From: Bacteroidota bacterium
Lineage (GTDB): Bacteria > Bacteroidota > Bacteroidia > AKYH767-A > OLB10
DNA: 64,000 nt
Direction: 5' to 3'
Assembly (NCBI GenBank): GCA_029547265.1
Contig: JAKPPP010000178.1
Coordinates: 8,168-72,167 of the forward strand
Shown here: one piece after another, positions 19,574-28,942 of the stretch
Numbering within the stretch: the first letter of the stretch is position 1
Layout: each line of letters opens with the position of its first letter
Made by a program: the position numbers and the translations under genes
The notes under the pieces: model-generated
What the model saw: the letters and a program-made list of their open reading frames with translations, nothing else
What the model was told of the DNA's origin: nothing
The model's database searches: none

Positions 19574-19876
19574 ATGGAATCAATACCTTTAAAAGATCTG
19601 CTTTATATTCTTTCAAGTGTTGTAGCAGTCGTAATAACTTTTTACACGACCAAACACAACCTAAAGGATTTCATGCGAGACAAAATGGACGAGTGTAACA
19701 ATAAGGTAAATGCAAATAAAGACCTTATTGCAAAACAGAATGTTGAGTTGGAAAGGTTGAAAACGAGCTTAGAGTATCAGAAGCAAATACTGGATCAATT
19801 TCAAAAGCAAATTGTACCACATCTTCCAGACATTTTCATGTTAATTGGTGAAAGGAGGAACAATGGAAACAAATAA
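19574..19876 (+). CDS. small membrane-anchored coiled-coil protein (unknown function)
   Basis: 100 aa. N-terminal hydrophobic helix LLYILSSVVAVVITFY, then a heptad-like region (NKDLIAKQNVELERLKTSLEYQKQILDQFQKQI). Confidence 0.55.
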   Translation: MESIPLKDLLYILSSVVAVVITFYTTKHNLKDFMRDKMDECNNKVNANKDLIAKQNVELERLKTSLEYQKQILDQFQKQIVPHLPDIFMLIGERRNNGNK

Positions 19877-20111
19877 CAATTTAGATTTTAACAGGTTATT
19901 TGAACTAAACCAAAAAGTTCAAAATAAGTTGGCATCAAAGCCAGAAGCCGATGAGTATATGCTATTGCTTTTGAAAAACAACTCTATTTCTAAAAAACAG
20001 TACGAGGACTATATAGCTGGTCGAAATAAAGAAGAGCTGTTCGATACGGCTGTTACTATAGGAGGTATTGTACTGCTTGGTTATTTGCTTGGCAAAATAT
20101 TTTCGAAATAG
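19863..20111 (+). CDS. small tail-anchored membrane protein (unknown function)
   Basis: 82 aa from METNNNL. Preceded by aaaggaggaacaATG. Overlaps the previous gene by 14 nt. C-terminal hydrophobic helix AVTIGGIVLLGYLLGKIF. Confidence 0.5.
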   Translation: METNNNLDFNRLFELNQKVQNKLASKPEADEYMLLLLKNNSISKKQYEDYIAGRNKEELFDTAVTIGGIVLLGYLLGKIFSK

Positions 20112-20166
20112 TTGGCACAAAAGATATATGAACGGGATACTACTATAACTTTTATTAGAAACACAA

Positions 20167-20910
20167 ATGGAACCATACATAAATGCCTTCATTGAAATAT
20201 TGAGATTCGGTTTGCCAAGTGTCTTATTGCCTCTTTTAATAATTAGATGGAACAATCAACACAATATAAAGCTAAAAGAACTCGAACAAAAATTGGAAGT
20301 GGAAAAACTTTCTACTTCGAAATCTATTGAAAAAACCTTTGTGGTTGATAATGAAAAGCGCATACACGAAAAGGATGTTTACGCCTGCCTCTTAAAAACA
20401 TTATTCGAAATACAAAAATTGCATATTGAACTTTCGGGAAATTGTGTAGACTTTAAATGTATTGATTCTGCGGTAATGAAATTCAAAGCATCTTTAACAA
20501 AGTATCAGGAGATCATCGCTGACAATCAAATTTATTTATCTGCTGAAGCAACGAATTACTTATACGGTTTCTATCAACTTACTGGTGAATTACTCATTGA
20601 ACTAAAAGAAATTCAGGATAAAAAGAAATATCACTTGGCTAATGCTTGCGTTTATTTGAAATCACAATTTTTAGCAATGAAAACATTGCAAGTAAGGCAC
20701 GGTTTCAATCAGGATTCACAGGAGCAAATTGATGAAGAACTGTTTGAAAAGGAATATAGCAATTTTATTTCATGTTGTGGAAACGCTCCAGGAAGTTCCC
20801 TAATGGAAGAGTACTTTGATTTTTCGAGTGAATTTAAGACTGGAGGCAAACAGGAGATTGAAGAGGAGGAAGGAACAGTCACAGCAGAAAGAACTATTCC
20901 TGAGAAATAA
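20167..20910 (+). CDS. hypothetical protein with an N-terminal hydrophobic segment and an acidic tail
   Basis: 247 aa. FGLPSVLLPLLIIRW near the N-terminus, a helical central region, and a C-terminal EIEEEEG tail. Ends 34 nt before hsdR. Confidence 0.6.
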   Translation: MEPYINAFIEILRFGLPSVLLPLLIIRWNNQHNIKLKELEQKLEVEKLSTSKSIEKTFVVDNEKRIHEKDVYACLLKTLFEIQKLHIELSGNCVDFKCIDSAVMKFKASLTKYQEIIADNQIYLSAEATNYLYGFYQLTGELLIELKEIQDKKKYHLANACVYLKSQFLAMKTLQVRHGFNQDSQEQIDEELFEKEYSNFISCCGNAPGSSLMEEYFDFSSEFKTGGKQEIEEEEGTVTAERTIPEK

Positions 20911-20944
20911 AGTACATAAGATATTTTTCGATAGAATAAATAGC

Positions 20945-23900
20945 ATGAGCAAAGTAGGCGAAATAGAACGCAAAACCCAGGATAGAATCGTAATGCTTTT
21001 AGCTAACGATTTGAAGTACGACTACCTGGGTAATTTTCAAGATAGAGAGGACAACTCTAATATTGAAGTAGAACTTCTGAAATCACATTTAACTGATCGT
21101 GGTTATTCCGAAGTTTTGATTAGTCGGGCTGTTGCTGAATTGATCAAGACTGCCGGAGATCAAAACAGGAGCCTTTACGATGTAAATAAGGATGTATATC
21201 AACTACTTCGTTATGGAGCAAAGCAAAAAGAAGAAGTTGGCAAACAAAAAGAAACGGTTCATTTCATAGATTGGGAGAAACCCAACAATAATACCTTTTC
21301 ATTTGCAGAGGAAGTTAGTATTAGAGGCGAAAACACAAAACGCCCTGATATTGTACTTTACATCAATGGGATTGCTATTGCTGTCTTGGAATTGAAGCGT
21401 AGTACGATTAGTGTGAGCGAAGGAATTCGTCAGAATATCGACAATCAGAAACGAACATTCATTCGTCCGTTTTTCACTACGATGCAATTAGTAATGGCGG
21501 GCAATGATACGGAGGGCTTACGTTACGGTTCGATTGAAACACCGGAGAAATATTACCTAATGTGGAAGGAAGAATACCCTTCAGAAAACTTATTGGACAA
21601 GCATATTCATTGCGTTTGCCGTAAGGAAAGAATTTTGGAACTGCTGCATGATTTCGTAGTCTTCGATAGAGGGATAAAGAAATTATCGAGGGTGAATCAG
21701 TATTTCGGAGTGAAGGCTGCACAAGATTTCTTAAAGAGAAGAGAAGGCGGTGTTATTTGGCATACGCAAGGTTCAGGTAAAAGTCTTGTGATGGTTTGGC
21801 TGACAAAATGGATTCGTGAGAATATTAACGGCTCCCGTGTACTGATCATCACAGATAGAGATGAACTTGATAAGCAGATTGAGAAAGTCTTTAAAGGAGT
21901 AAACGAAGAAATCATTCGAACTAAGTCAGGAGCCGATCTCATTGAAAAATTGAATTTAGCATCTCCGTGGTTGATGTGTTCCTTAATTCATAAATTCGGG
22001 AATAAAGAAGAGCCCGATTACGATGAATACATCGAAGATCTAAAAAAGAGCCTTCCAAAGGATTTCAAAGCGAAGGGTGATATTTATGTATTGGTAGATG
22101 AATGCCACCGGACACAAAGCGGAAAACTTCACAAGGCAATGAAAATGATATTGCCTAATTCCGTGTTTGTTGGATTTACCGGAACTCCACTCTTGAAGGC
22201 TGATAAGGAAACCAGTTTAGAAGTATTTGGCAGGTATATACACACCTATAAGTTCGATGAAGCAGTAAAAGATAAAGTTGTTCTTGACTTGTTATATGAA
22301 GCCCGTGATATTGATCAATATATCACTTCTCAAAGTAAAATTGACCAGTGGTTCGACTCAAAAACAAAAGGACTTAACGAATACCAACGAACTGAATTGA
22401 AAAAACGATGGGGAACGATGCAAAAAGTGTTGAGTTCTAAGTCTCGTCTTGAACAAATTGTCAAGGACATTGTATTCGACATGAGTACCAAACCACGTTT
22501 GATGAGTGGTCGTGGAAATGCAATGTTGGTGAGTGGAAGCATTTATCAAGCGTGTAAATTCTACGAACTTTTTCAGCATACAGACTTAGCTGGTAAATGT
22601 GCAATAGTTACAAGTTATAACCCATCGGTAAGCGATATTAAAGGAGAAGCAAGTTCCGACAATGCCATTACCGAAAAATTAAAGCAATACGAGATCTACA
22701 ATCAAATGTTGAACGGTAAAACTGCCGAAGCGTTTGAAGAAGAAGCAAAGACCAAGTTCATTGATGAGCCAGCACAATTAAAATTGTTGATAGTTGTAGA
22801 TAAATTATTGACCGGCTTTGATGCACCGAGTGCAACATACTTGTATATCGACAAGAGTATGCAAGATCACGGATTATTCCAAGCAATTTGTCGAGTGAAC
22901 AGATTGGATGGAGATGACAAAGAGTATGGTTATGTGATAGACTATAAAGACTTGTTTGATAGCTTGAAAAAATCCATTCAGGATTACACTTCAGAAGCAT
23001 TTGACGGATATAACGAAGAAGATGTAAAAGGTCTTTTGACTGATAGGCTTACCAAGAGTCGTGAACACTTGGAAGAAGTATTGGAAGGGTTACGTGCATT
23101 AATTGAACCAGTGGAAATGCCAAAAGGGCAAATCCAATACATACGTTACTTCTGCGGAGATCCCGAAAAGAGTACTGATTTAAAGGAGAATGAACCGAAG
23201 CGTGTTACATTGTATAAACAAACATCTTCACTCATTCGAGCTTATGCTGCATTAGCGAATGAAATGGAAGATGCCGGTTACACATACTGTGAATCAGAAT
23301 CAATCAAGAGCGAAGTTGACTTCTTTGTTAAATTGAGGGATGAAATAAAAAATGCAAGCGGGGAAAAGATTGATTTAAAAGCATACGAACCCGACATGCG
23401 TTACTTGATCGACTCGTACATTAAAGCAGATGAGAGCGAGAAATTATCTGAGATGGATGACCTTTCTTTAATTCAACTGATTGTTGAGCGAGGAATGGAT
23501 GAAGCCGAAAAGAGTTTGCCAAATTCCATCCGTAAAAGTAAAGAAGCGATGGCGGAAACCATTGAGAATAATATTCGAAGACTCATCATTGACGAAACAC
23601 CAACCAACCCCAAGTACTTTGAAAAAATGAGTGTTCTACTTGAAGAATTGGTTAAAGAACGTAAGAGGGCGAAGATTGAATACTTAGAATACCTCCGAAA
23701 GATTGTTGAGCTAAGTAAGAACGTTAAAAAACCTGAATCAAGCGGACAGTACCCTCCTACAGTAAATTCAAGAGGAAAGCGAGCAATTTACGATAACGTT
23801 AACAAGGATGAAAAGTTAACAGTAGCACTTGACCAAGAAATACTTTATACACGAAAAGATAGTTGGAGAGGGAATAAAGCCAAAGAGAAGGAGATAAGAA

Positions 23901-23980
23901 TAGCAATCCGCAAACATGTGCAGGACGATGAACTTGTTGATGCTATATTCGACATTATCAAGCAACAACCGGAGTATTAA
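20945..23980 (+). CDS. hsdR: Type I restriction endonuclease subunit R
   Basis: N-terminal PD-(D/E)xK (RPDIVLYINGIAIAVLELKR). SF2 helicase motifs HTQGSGKS, DECHRTQSG, GFTGTP and QAICRVNR. Start set at MSKVGEIERK (20945). Confidence 0.9.
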   Translation: MSKVGEIERKTQDRIVMLLANDLKYDYLGNFQDREDNSNIEVELLKSHLTDRGYSEVLISRAVAELIKTAGDQNRSLYDVNKDVYQLLRYGAKQKEEVGKQKETVHFIDWEKPNNNTFSFAEEVSIRGENTKRPDIVLYINGIAIAVLELKRSTISVSEGIRQNIDNQKRTFIRPFFTTMQLVMAGNDTEGLRYGSIETPEKYYLMWKEEYPSENLLDKHIHCVCRKERILELLHDFVVFDRGIKKLSRVNQYFGVKAAQDFLKRREGGVIWHTQGSGKSLVMVWLTKWIRENINGSRVLIITDRDELDKQIEKVFKGVNEEIIRTKSGADLIEKLNLASPWLMCSLIHKFGNKEEPDYDEYIEDLKKSLPKDFKAKGDIYVLVDECHRTQSGKLHKAMKMILPNSVFVGFTGTPLLKADKETSLEVFGRYIHTYKFDEAVKDKVVLDLLYEARDIDQYITSQSKIDQWFDSKTKGLNEYQRTELKKRWGTMQKVLSSKSRLEQIVKDIVFDMSTKPRLMSGRGNAMLVSGSIYQACKFYELFQHTDLAGKCAIVTSYNPSVSDIKGEASSDNAITEKLKQYEIYNQMLNGKTAEAFEEEAKTKFIDEPAQLKLLIVVDKLLTGFDAPSATYLYIDKSMQDHGLFQAICRVNRLDGDDKEYGYVIDYKDLFDSLKKSIQDYTSEAFDGYNEEDVKGLLTDRLTKSREHLEEVLEGLRALIEPVEMPKGQIQYIRYFCGDPEKSTDLKENEPKRVTLYKQTSSLIRAYAALANEMEDAGYTYCESESIKSEVDFFVKLRDEIKNASGEKIDLKAYEPDMRYLIDSYIKADESEKLSEMDDLSLIQLIVERGMDEAEKSLPNSIRKSKEAMAETIENNIRRLIIDETPTNPKYFEKMSVLLEELVKERKRAKIEYLEYLRKIVELSKNVKKPESSGQYPPTVNSRGKRAIYDNVNKDEKLTVALDQEILYTRKDSWRGNKAKEKEIRIAIRKHVQDDELVDAIFDIIKQQPEY

Positions 23981-23983
23981 TCG

Positions 23984-24697
23984 ATGAAGCAAATTCAGAT
24001 AAGCAATATAACAATTGATGTCGTAAAAAAAGACATCAAGAACATCCACTTGGCGGTCTATCCACCGACAGGTCGTGTTCGTATTGCTACTCCATTGCAT
24101 ACTACTGATGATTCCATTCGCTTGTTTGCTATTTCAAAATTGGGTTGGATAAAACGCCAACAGCGAAATTTTGAAAAACAAAAAAGACTTCCTTCAAAGG
24201 AGTACGTTAACCGTGAAAGCCATTTCTACTTGGGCAAGCGGTATTTGTTAAATGTAATTGAATCAATAGACAAGCCTAAAATTATTGTTCGGCATAGTAG
24301 AATTGACCTTTATGTTCGTCCCGGAACATCTATTGAACAAAAAAACGAACTTCTTTCTGATTGGTATCGCAATCAACTGAAAGACCATATCTCACCATTG
24401 ATTACGAAATGGGAAAAGATCTTGAAAGTAAAAGTTCAGCATTGGGGTATTCGTAAAATGAAAACAAAGTGGGGAAGTTGTACAATCGAAACACAACGAA
24501 TACTTCTCAACCTCGAATTGATTAAAAAGCCTGTAGCTTGTTTGGAGTACATAATTGCCCACGAATTGGTACACTTGCTCGAACGGCATCATAATGATCG
24601 CTTTCTTTCCATTCTTAGCAAGCATCTTCCAAATTGGAAACATTTAAAGGAAGAATTGAATCGTTTTCCACTTGATCATTCGGATTGGGAGTATTAA
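23984..24697 (+). CDS. DUF45/YgjP-like (M48/SprT-like) zinc metallopeptidase
   Basis: HExxH motif in IIAHELVHLLERHHN. Starts 3 nt after the hsdR stop. Confidence 0.85.
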   Translation: MKQIQISNITIDVVKKDIKNIHLAVYPPTGRVRIATPLHTTDDSIRLFAISKLGWIKRQQRNFEKQKRLPSKEYVNRESHFYLGKRYLLNVIESIDKPKIIVRHSRIDLYVRPGTSIEQKNELLSDWYRNQLKDHISPLITKWEKILKVKVQHWGIRKMKTKWGSCTIETQRILLNLELIKKPVACLEYIIAHELVHLLERHHNDRFLSILSKHLPNWKHLKEELNRFPLDHSDWEY

Positions 24698-24760
24698 GCA
24701 AGTTCTTGACATTTTTTTTCGTATTTATTTTCATAAGTCATTACTGAAAAATGTATCGCT

Positions 24761-25186
24761 ATGAAAACAACTCTACTTGCAAATAAAAAATTGAACAACT
24801 TTTTGCATAACAATTCGAAAAACGATTTTGAAATATCCGTTCGGGAAAACCTTTTATACAAAAATTTAAAAGTCAAAAATGGATTTATTGAATGTACAGT
24901 TGAAGACCTCTGGCATGTAGCTTATCGTGCATGGTTTTATGGAATAACAATCATAGGAATTGAATCGAATATTGATCAAGATTTTCCCTTCTATGATTTT
25001 TGCATTGAGGACTATGTTGAAGAAGTAGTAAACTTCGGTGAATACAATCCTTCTCAATGGATTTTGACTGCATTGATGCCAATTGTGATTGCTAATCCAG
25101 GCATTCAGTTAAGTTTTTACATAGACGTACCGGAAATGAATATCCCTGTTCTTAAAAAAACCATTGCAGTGAATTTAACATTGTAA
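24761..25186 (+). CDS. hypothetical protein
   Basis: 141-aa ORF. No recognisable motif. Confidence 0.5.
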   Translation: MKTTLLANKKLNNFLHNNSKNDFEISVRENLLYKNLKVKNGFIECTVEDLWHVAYRAWFYGITIIGIESNIDQDFPFYDFCIEDYVEEVVNFGEYNPSQWILTALMPIVIANPGIQLSFYIDVPEMNIPVLKKTIAVNLTL

Positions 25187-25201
25187 TTTTTCTATGGATT
25201 T

Positions 25202-25226
25202 GTTTCACTTTTATGAAAAGTGAAAC
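25202..25226. repeat. perfect 11-bp stem hairpin gtttcactttt-atg-aaaagtgaaac
   Basis: Read directly from the sequence. Lies between the 24761-25186 ORF and the tyrosine recombinase gene. GTTTCA/TGAAAC recurs at about 25293 and 25324. Confidence 0.6.
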
Positions 25227-25339
25227 ACTTTCTCACTATCAACACATTTTCAATAGTTTACGTCAAATAAGATTGTTTTGAAAAAGGAGTATGTTTCAAA
25301 ATCTGTAACAAATACAGGTTACTGAAACGTAACTCTATT

Positions 25340-25927
25340 ATGGCAACTAAATACTGTAAAACTGAATGTACGGCTCTTGAGTGGGAACAATTCCTAATTC
25401 TGGTTGACCGGCTTAAGAAAACTACTGAATACCGGTTCCTACTGTTGATTTGTATTGGATGTTATTGCGGACTTCGTTTATCAGATATACTTCAATTAAG
25501 ATGGCATGATATACTTGAGAAGGATTATTTTGAACTTGCAGAGAGGAAAACTGGTAAACACAGGAGGATAACTATTAACTCTTCTTTAAAGGAGATCATA
25601 GTATTCTCTTACTCAAATCTTCAGAGAAAAAAGCAAATCTGCGCTGGAGATTTCATTTTTACCAATCGCAAAGGTGGAGTACTCTCTAAACAGTTCGTCA
25701 ACCGGAAACTACATTCAATTTTCCAGTATTGTAGGGTTAAAGTTCAAAATGGCAGTTCTCATACTCTTCGCAAAACATTTGGGAAGCGAGTTTACGAAAT
25801 GAATGATCGCAGTGAAGCTGCCCTTATTCTGCTGAGTTCGATCTTCAATCACAATTCGGTTGCAGTTACCAGACGATATATCGGCTTATCACAAGAACAA
25901 ATCAAAGACGCTTATATCAACTTATAA
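25340..25927 (+). CDS. short tyrosine recombinase (catalytic domain only)
   Basis: 195 aa. Catalytic residues in the expected order: Arg I in GLRLSDILQLRW, H-x-x-R in HTLRKTFG, and His/Tyr in NHNSVAVTRRYI. Only about 40 aa precede Arg I, so there is no core-binding domain. Confidence 0.8.
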   Translation: MATKYCKTECTALEWEQFLILVDRLKKTTEYRFLLLICIGCYCGLRLSDILQLRWHDILEKDYFELAERKTGKHRRITINSSLKEIIVFSYSNLQRKKQICAGDFIFTNRKGGVLSKQFVNRKLHSIFQYCRVKVQNGSSHTLRKTFGKRVYEMNDRSEAALILLSSIFNHNSVAVTRRYIGLSQEQIKDAYINL

Positions 25928-26074
25928 AAGTGGATGGATTGCGATTACGCTCTGAATTCGATAGTTGTAAAAATCAACGATTCATTGAGTGAAAAATACA
26001 CCATAATGAACAATGCTATCAATTCACATGAAATACACTATTTATCCACTTTTAAAGTCCTATACTGACATTTG

Positions 26075-26401
26075 ATGTTGAAACTTACTGAAATACTGAA
26101 TAAACCGCTATCCAGTTATCATAATAAAATCCTCTTCGAACAAATGTTGGAGATGGGATTCAGTAAGATTATTTTGACAGAATGTGGGGTGATCTCACGC
26201 CTTGAGTTTGAAACTTATATCAAAGGATATTCTGAGCAAGTCAATGCCTATGTTGAAGTCTTTAATGAAATAAATCAATTCCGTATTGGCAATGATATCA
26301 TAGATGAACAAAGTTATTCTGTATTGTCTGGATTAAACGTTCAAGTTCCTATATTAATCATCATTCAACAAAACAGCCTATGTACACCATCAAGCGAATG
26401 A
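26075..26401 (+). CDS. hypothetical protein
   Basis: ORF starting at ATG 26075 (the track start at 26072 is TTG). No recognisable motif. Confidence 0.45.
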   Translation: MLKLTEILNKPLSSYHNKILFEQMLEMGFSKIILTECGVISRLEFETYIKGYSEQVNAYVEVFNEINQFRIGNDIIDEQSYSVLSGLNVQVPILIIIQQNSLCTPSSE

Positions 26402-26736
26402 AATTCGAACGGTTGGTTTATTACAATAAGTTCAAGCCCGATATTGACAAACCCATTTTCTCATTTTACAATTACACCATCTATCCAACCATCGTTTGGG
26501 CTCAGCACACAGAAGAAGAAAACAAAGAGGTTGTTTATCTGGCATTCAATACTACTCGCACCGAGCAAGTCATAATTTACCTTACCGAGCACAGAATTTC
26601 AAAACGGGTAACGGTCAAATATTGGCGTTCAAAAGAAATGGACGGTGAAATAGCCTGGTTATTGTTGCAGGCATTCATTCATGAGTTCTTGAATGCTTTG
26701 CCTAATGTCCGGGGGAAGTTGGCAAAACGGGGTTAG
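26398..26736 (+). CDS. hypothetical protein
   Basis: Preferred start is MKFERL, which overlaps the upstream stop as ATGA (26398-26401). The track start at 26380 is also possible. Confidence 0.45.
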   Translation: MKFERLVYYNKFKPDIDKPIFSFYNYTIYPTIVWAQHTEEENKEVVYLAFNTTRTEQVIIYLTEHRISKRVTVKYWRSKEMDGEIAWLLLQAFIHEFLNALPNVRGKLAKRG

Positions 26737-27125
26737 CCTTGGCGGACAGAGGCGGGTTTCTATTCTTTCCTACTCTATTGTTTATTCTTTTCTTTTTTAG
26801 GTTAGTTTAATCTTGTATTCTATCCTATTCTTTATTCTTCTATTGCGCAGTTAGCCGAGGTTAACCTTCGGTAGGCAAACATGACGTAAAAAGAAAACTT
26901 GGTAAAAGATAAAAAAACATTGATCTGGAGAAGAAGATAATTCAACAAGACCGAATTTTGAGATTCAAAGTAGATATTTTTGGCATATCACTTGAAACAA
27001 ACGAACAAATAACTTGTAAAGCACAGCTTTGTTAATTAAATTTGTCAATGATACCTCTTGAATATAATTTTATTTCATTAATCTCCAGTTCTTTTGGTTG
27101 GCATTAACTCAATCACAATAAGGTA

Positions 27126-27731
27126 ATGGCAGAGTTTTATCATAATATAGGAATTGATCGGGTAAACTTCAAGTTCACTGAAGACGAATTAACTTTATAC
27201 AATAACTTGTATGAAAGGTACCTTAAAATAGTAAATAAATTAGATGGGATTTGCCCGGAAAAATTTCCAGAAGCATATGTAATTAATCTCATTCGAATTG
27301 CTAATATTCAGCGAATAGTTATCTCGACTAGAAGTAAAAAGAATATAGCAAATCTCTTTATTAAGAACACTAAAGTCAATAGAGCAAAAGTCATTACGTC
27401 TCAAAAATTATCGATAGAACAAAATAATTATCGGCCCATTCATATTGCTGTTCAAATTCCCGAAAGCCATATTAATATTGTTGGTAAAGTATCGCTAATT
27501 GAAGAAATCAACAACGACTTTTCAAAGTATGATTGCTTTAATGAATTTATTGATAATAATGATAAAATCAATGATATGAACATACATGATATAGAAGAAG
27601 AGTTAACTAAAGAAGTTCCTGAAGTTGAATATAAATACAAGAAAAAACCTCGATATGAAGAAGAAGAAGATTACGAAAAAAATATAATGCGAGCATTGGC
27701 AAATGGGGATGGTGACTTATATGGCTTTTAA
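27126..27731 (+). CDS. hypothetical protein with an acidic/lysine-rich C-terminal region
   Basis: 201-aa ORF ending in ...NIMRALANGDGDLYGF. No family recognised. Confidence 0.55.
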   Translation: MAEFYHNIGIDRVNFKFTEDELTLYNNLYERYLKIVNKLDGICPEKFPEAYVINLIRIANIQRIVISTRSKKNIANLFIKNTKVNRAKVITSQKLSIEQNNYRPIHIAVQIPESHINIVGKVSLIEEINNDFSKYDCFNEFIDNNDKINDMNIHDIEEELTKEVPEVEYKYKKKPRYEEEEDYEKNIMRALANGDGDLYGF

Positions 27732-27928
27732 AGAATAAAGCAAATGATAAATATATTGACTAACTTGCAATTAAAAGCTGAGAGCTTTCTTCTTTAATAT
27801 TCGGCTAAATCCCTCTAAAAAACTGCCTCTTACAGTCTAATTAGTTGCAATATAAAATTTGATCGACCTAAGTGATTGAATTTTTTGAGTGGTGGCCTTT
27901 GAAGTTAGTCATGCCAAATCTTATGAGT

Positions 27929-27970
27929 AACCCCGGCAAATTGAAATGATTACCCTCATTTGCCGGGGTT
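27929..27970. terminator. 13-bp-stem hairpin between convergent genes
   Basis: Arms aaccccggcaaat (27929-27941) and atttgccggggtt (27958-27970). No clear T-run on either side. Confidence 0.5.
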
Positions 27971-27975
27971 ATTAC

Positions 27976-28101
27976 TTACTTGCCTTTCCCGCCTCCAGGA
28001 GGATTGTTTCCTCTACCTTTTCCGGAATCGTTACCAGTAGTGCTTGGCCAGTTTGGGTTTCCTGAGCGGAAAGCCGCATGAATGAATTGTTGCTCTTTCA
28101 T
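27976..28101 (-). CDS. 41-aa glycine/asparagine-rich cationic peptide (not in the ORF track)
   Basis: My own translation: MKEQQFIHAAFRSGNPNWPSTTGNDSGKGRGNNPPGGGKGK*. Starts 29 nt downstream of the LytTR-like gene and ends 5 nt before the strong hairpin. Confidence 0.35.
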   Translation of the reverse strand: MKEQQFIHAAFRSGNPNWPSTTGNDSGKGRGNNPPGGGKGK

Positions 28102-28130
28102 ACCTTTTAGTTTTTAAGTATGAAGCAAAC

Positions 28131-28850
28131 TTAAGGGCGTCCTGACCCGACTTTTCCATTCATGTAATCAGTTATTCGTTTCTGTAACGAATAATTTTCC
28201 TGCCAATGCATTTTTACCAACCAAAACAAATCGCCAGATTCTTTCATTTTAATCGAAAACCGTGAAAATCCCTGGTGCTTGTTCAAATCTCGTTCGAATA
28301 TGAGTTCATCCTTATTGTCAAAACGATAGTATGCAACATTAACCAAAGTATTCTTCGAAATTTGAACAAATCTATTGGAAATGGGGTCAATCATTTTCTT
28401 GATTTCATCATAATTGAGCTCGTTGCTATTTAGTTCATATTGGCGGTATACTTCACGAGATTGCCCGGCAGGAGAAATAATATCTTCCCGTAGTATAAAT
28501 GCCTTCTTGCGCCCCTTAATTGGTGTATAAACGCAAATTAAGTCCCTCGGATCAACACTTACCTCTTTACTGAACTTCCCATCTTTTAATTTGAAAGTAA
28601 CCGTACCAGGTTCGTAAAAAGCTCGTCTGTCTTGAAGGATAGATTGAAAGGCAGTGTAAATATGTAATTCAAAGTTATGTCTAAGATTATAAAGATCACT
28701 TTTCAATTGGTCGTTCTGTAAAGACAGCTCGTTGTTATTTTGTTTTAACCTTGCAAGTTCTGCTTCTACTTCTTTCATTTTTTCAATTCTTTTTTGTGGC
28801 TTATCGGTTTGCAGCTTGGCGTTCGGTTTGCCGAGCAAGATTTGCATCAA
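28131..28850 (-). CDS. coiled-coil protein with a C-terminal LytTR-like DNA-binding domain (no receiver domain)
   Basis: N-terminal coiled coil EVEAELARLKQNNNELSLQNDQLKSDLYNL. C-terminal pattern ...DLICVYTPIKGRKKAFIL...LNYDEIKKMI...FVQISKNTLVNVAYY resembles the LytTR consensus (F-x-R-x-H-R-S-x-x-V-N). Confidence 0.6.
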   Translation of the reverse strand: MMQILLGKPNAKLQTDKPQKRIEKMKEVEAELARLKQNNNELSLQNDQLKSDLYNLRHNFELHIYTAFQSILQDRRAFYEPGTVTFKLKDGKFSKEVSVDPRDLICVYTPIKGRKKAFILREDIISPAGQSREVYRQYELNSNELNYDEIKKMIDPISNRFVQISKNTLVNVAYYRFDNKDELIFERDLNKHQGFSRFSIKMKESGDLFWLVKMHWQENYSLQKRITDYMNGKVGSGRP

Positions 28851-28942
28851 AGTAAAGAGTAGGCGAGTAATTGTTAGATGGCAAACTGACGCAAAGCTAT
28901 GCTGTTACCTGCTGGCGCTTTTCCGTGAATATTTTCTTTCTT

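Noticed and set aside
18255-26053. Idea that the tyrosine recombinase drives an hsdS shufflon (a phase-variable Type I system).
   Set aside because: Only one hsdS gene is present, with no silent half-hsdS copies. I saw no inverted repeats within hsdS. The recombinase lies 5.8 kb away, beyond hsdR and two other genes.
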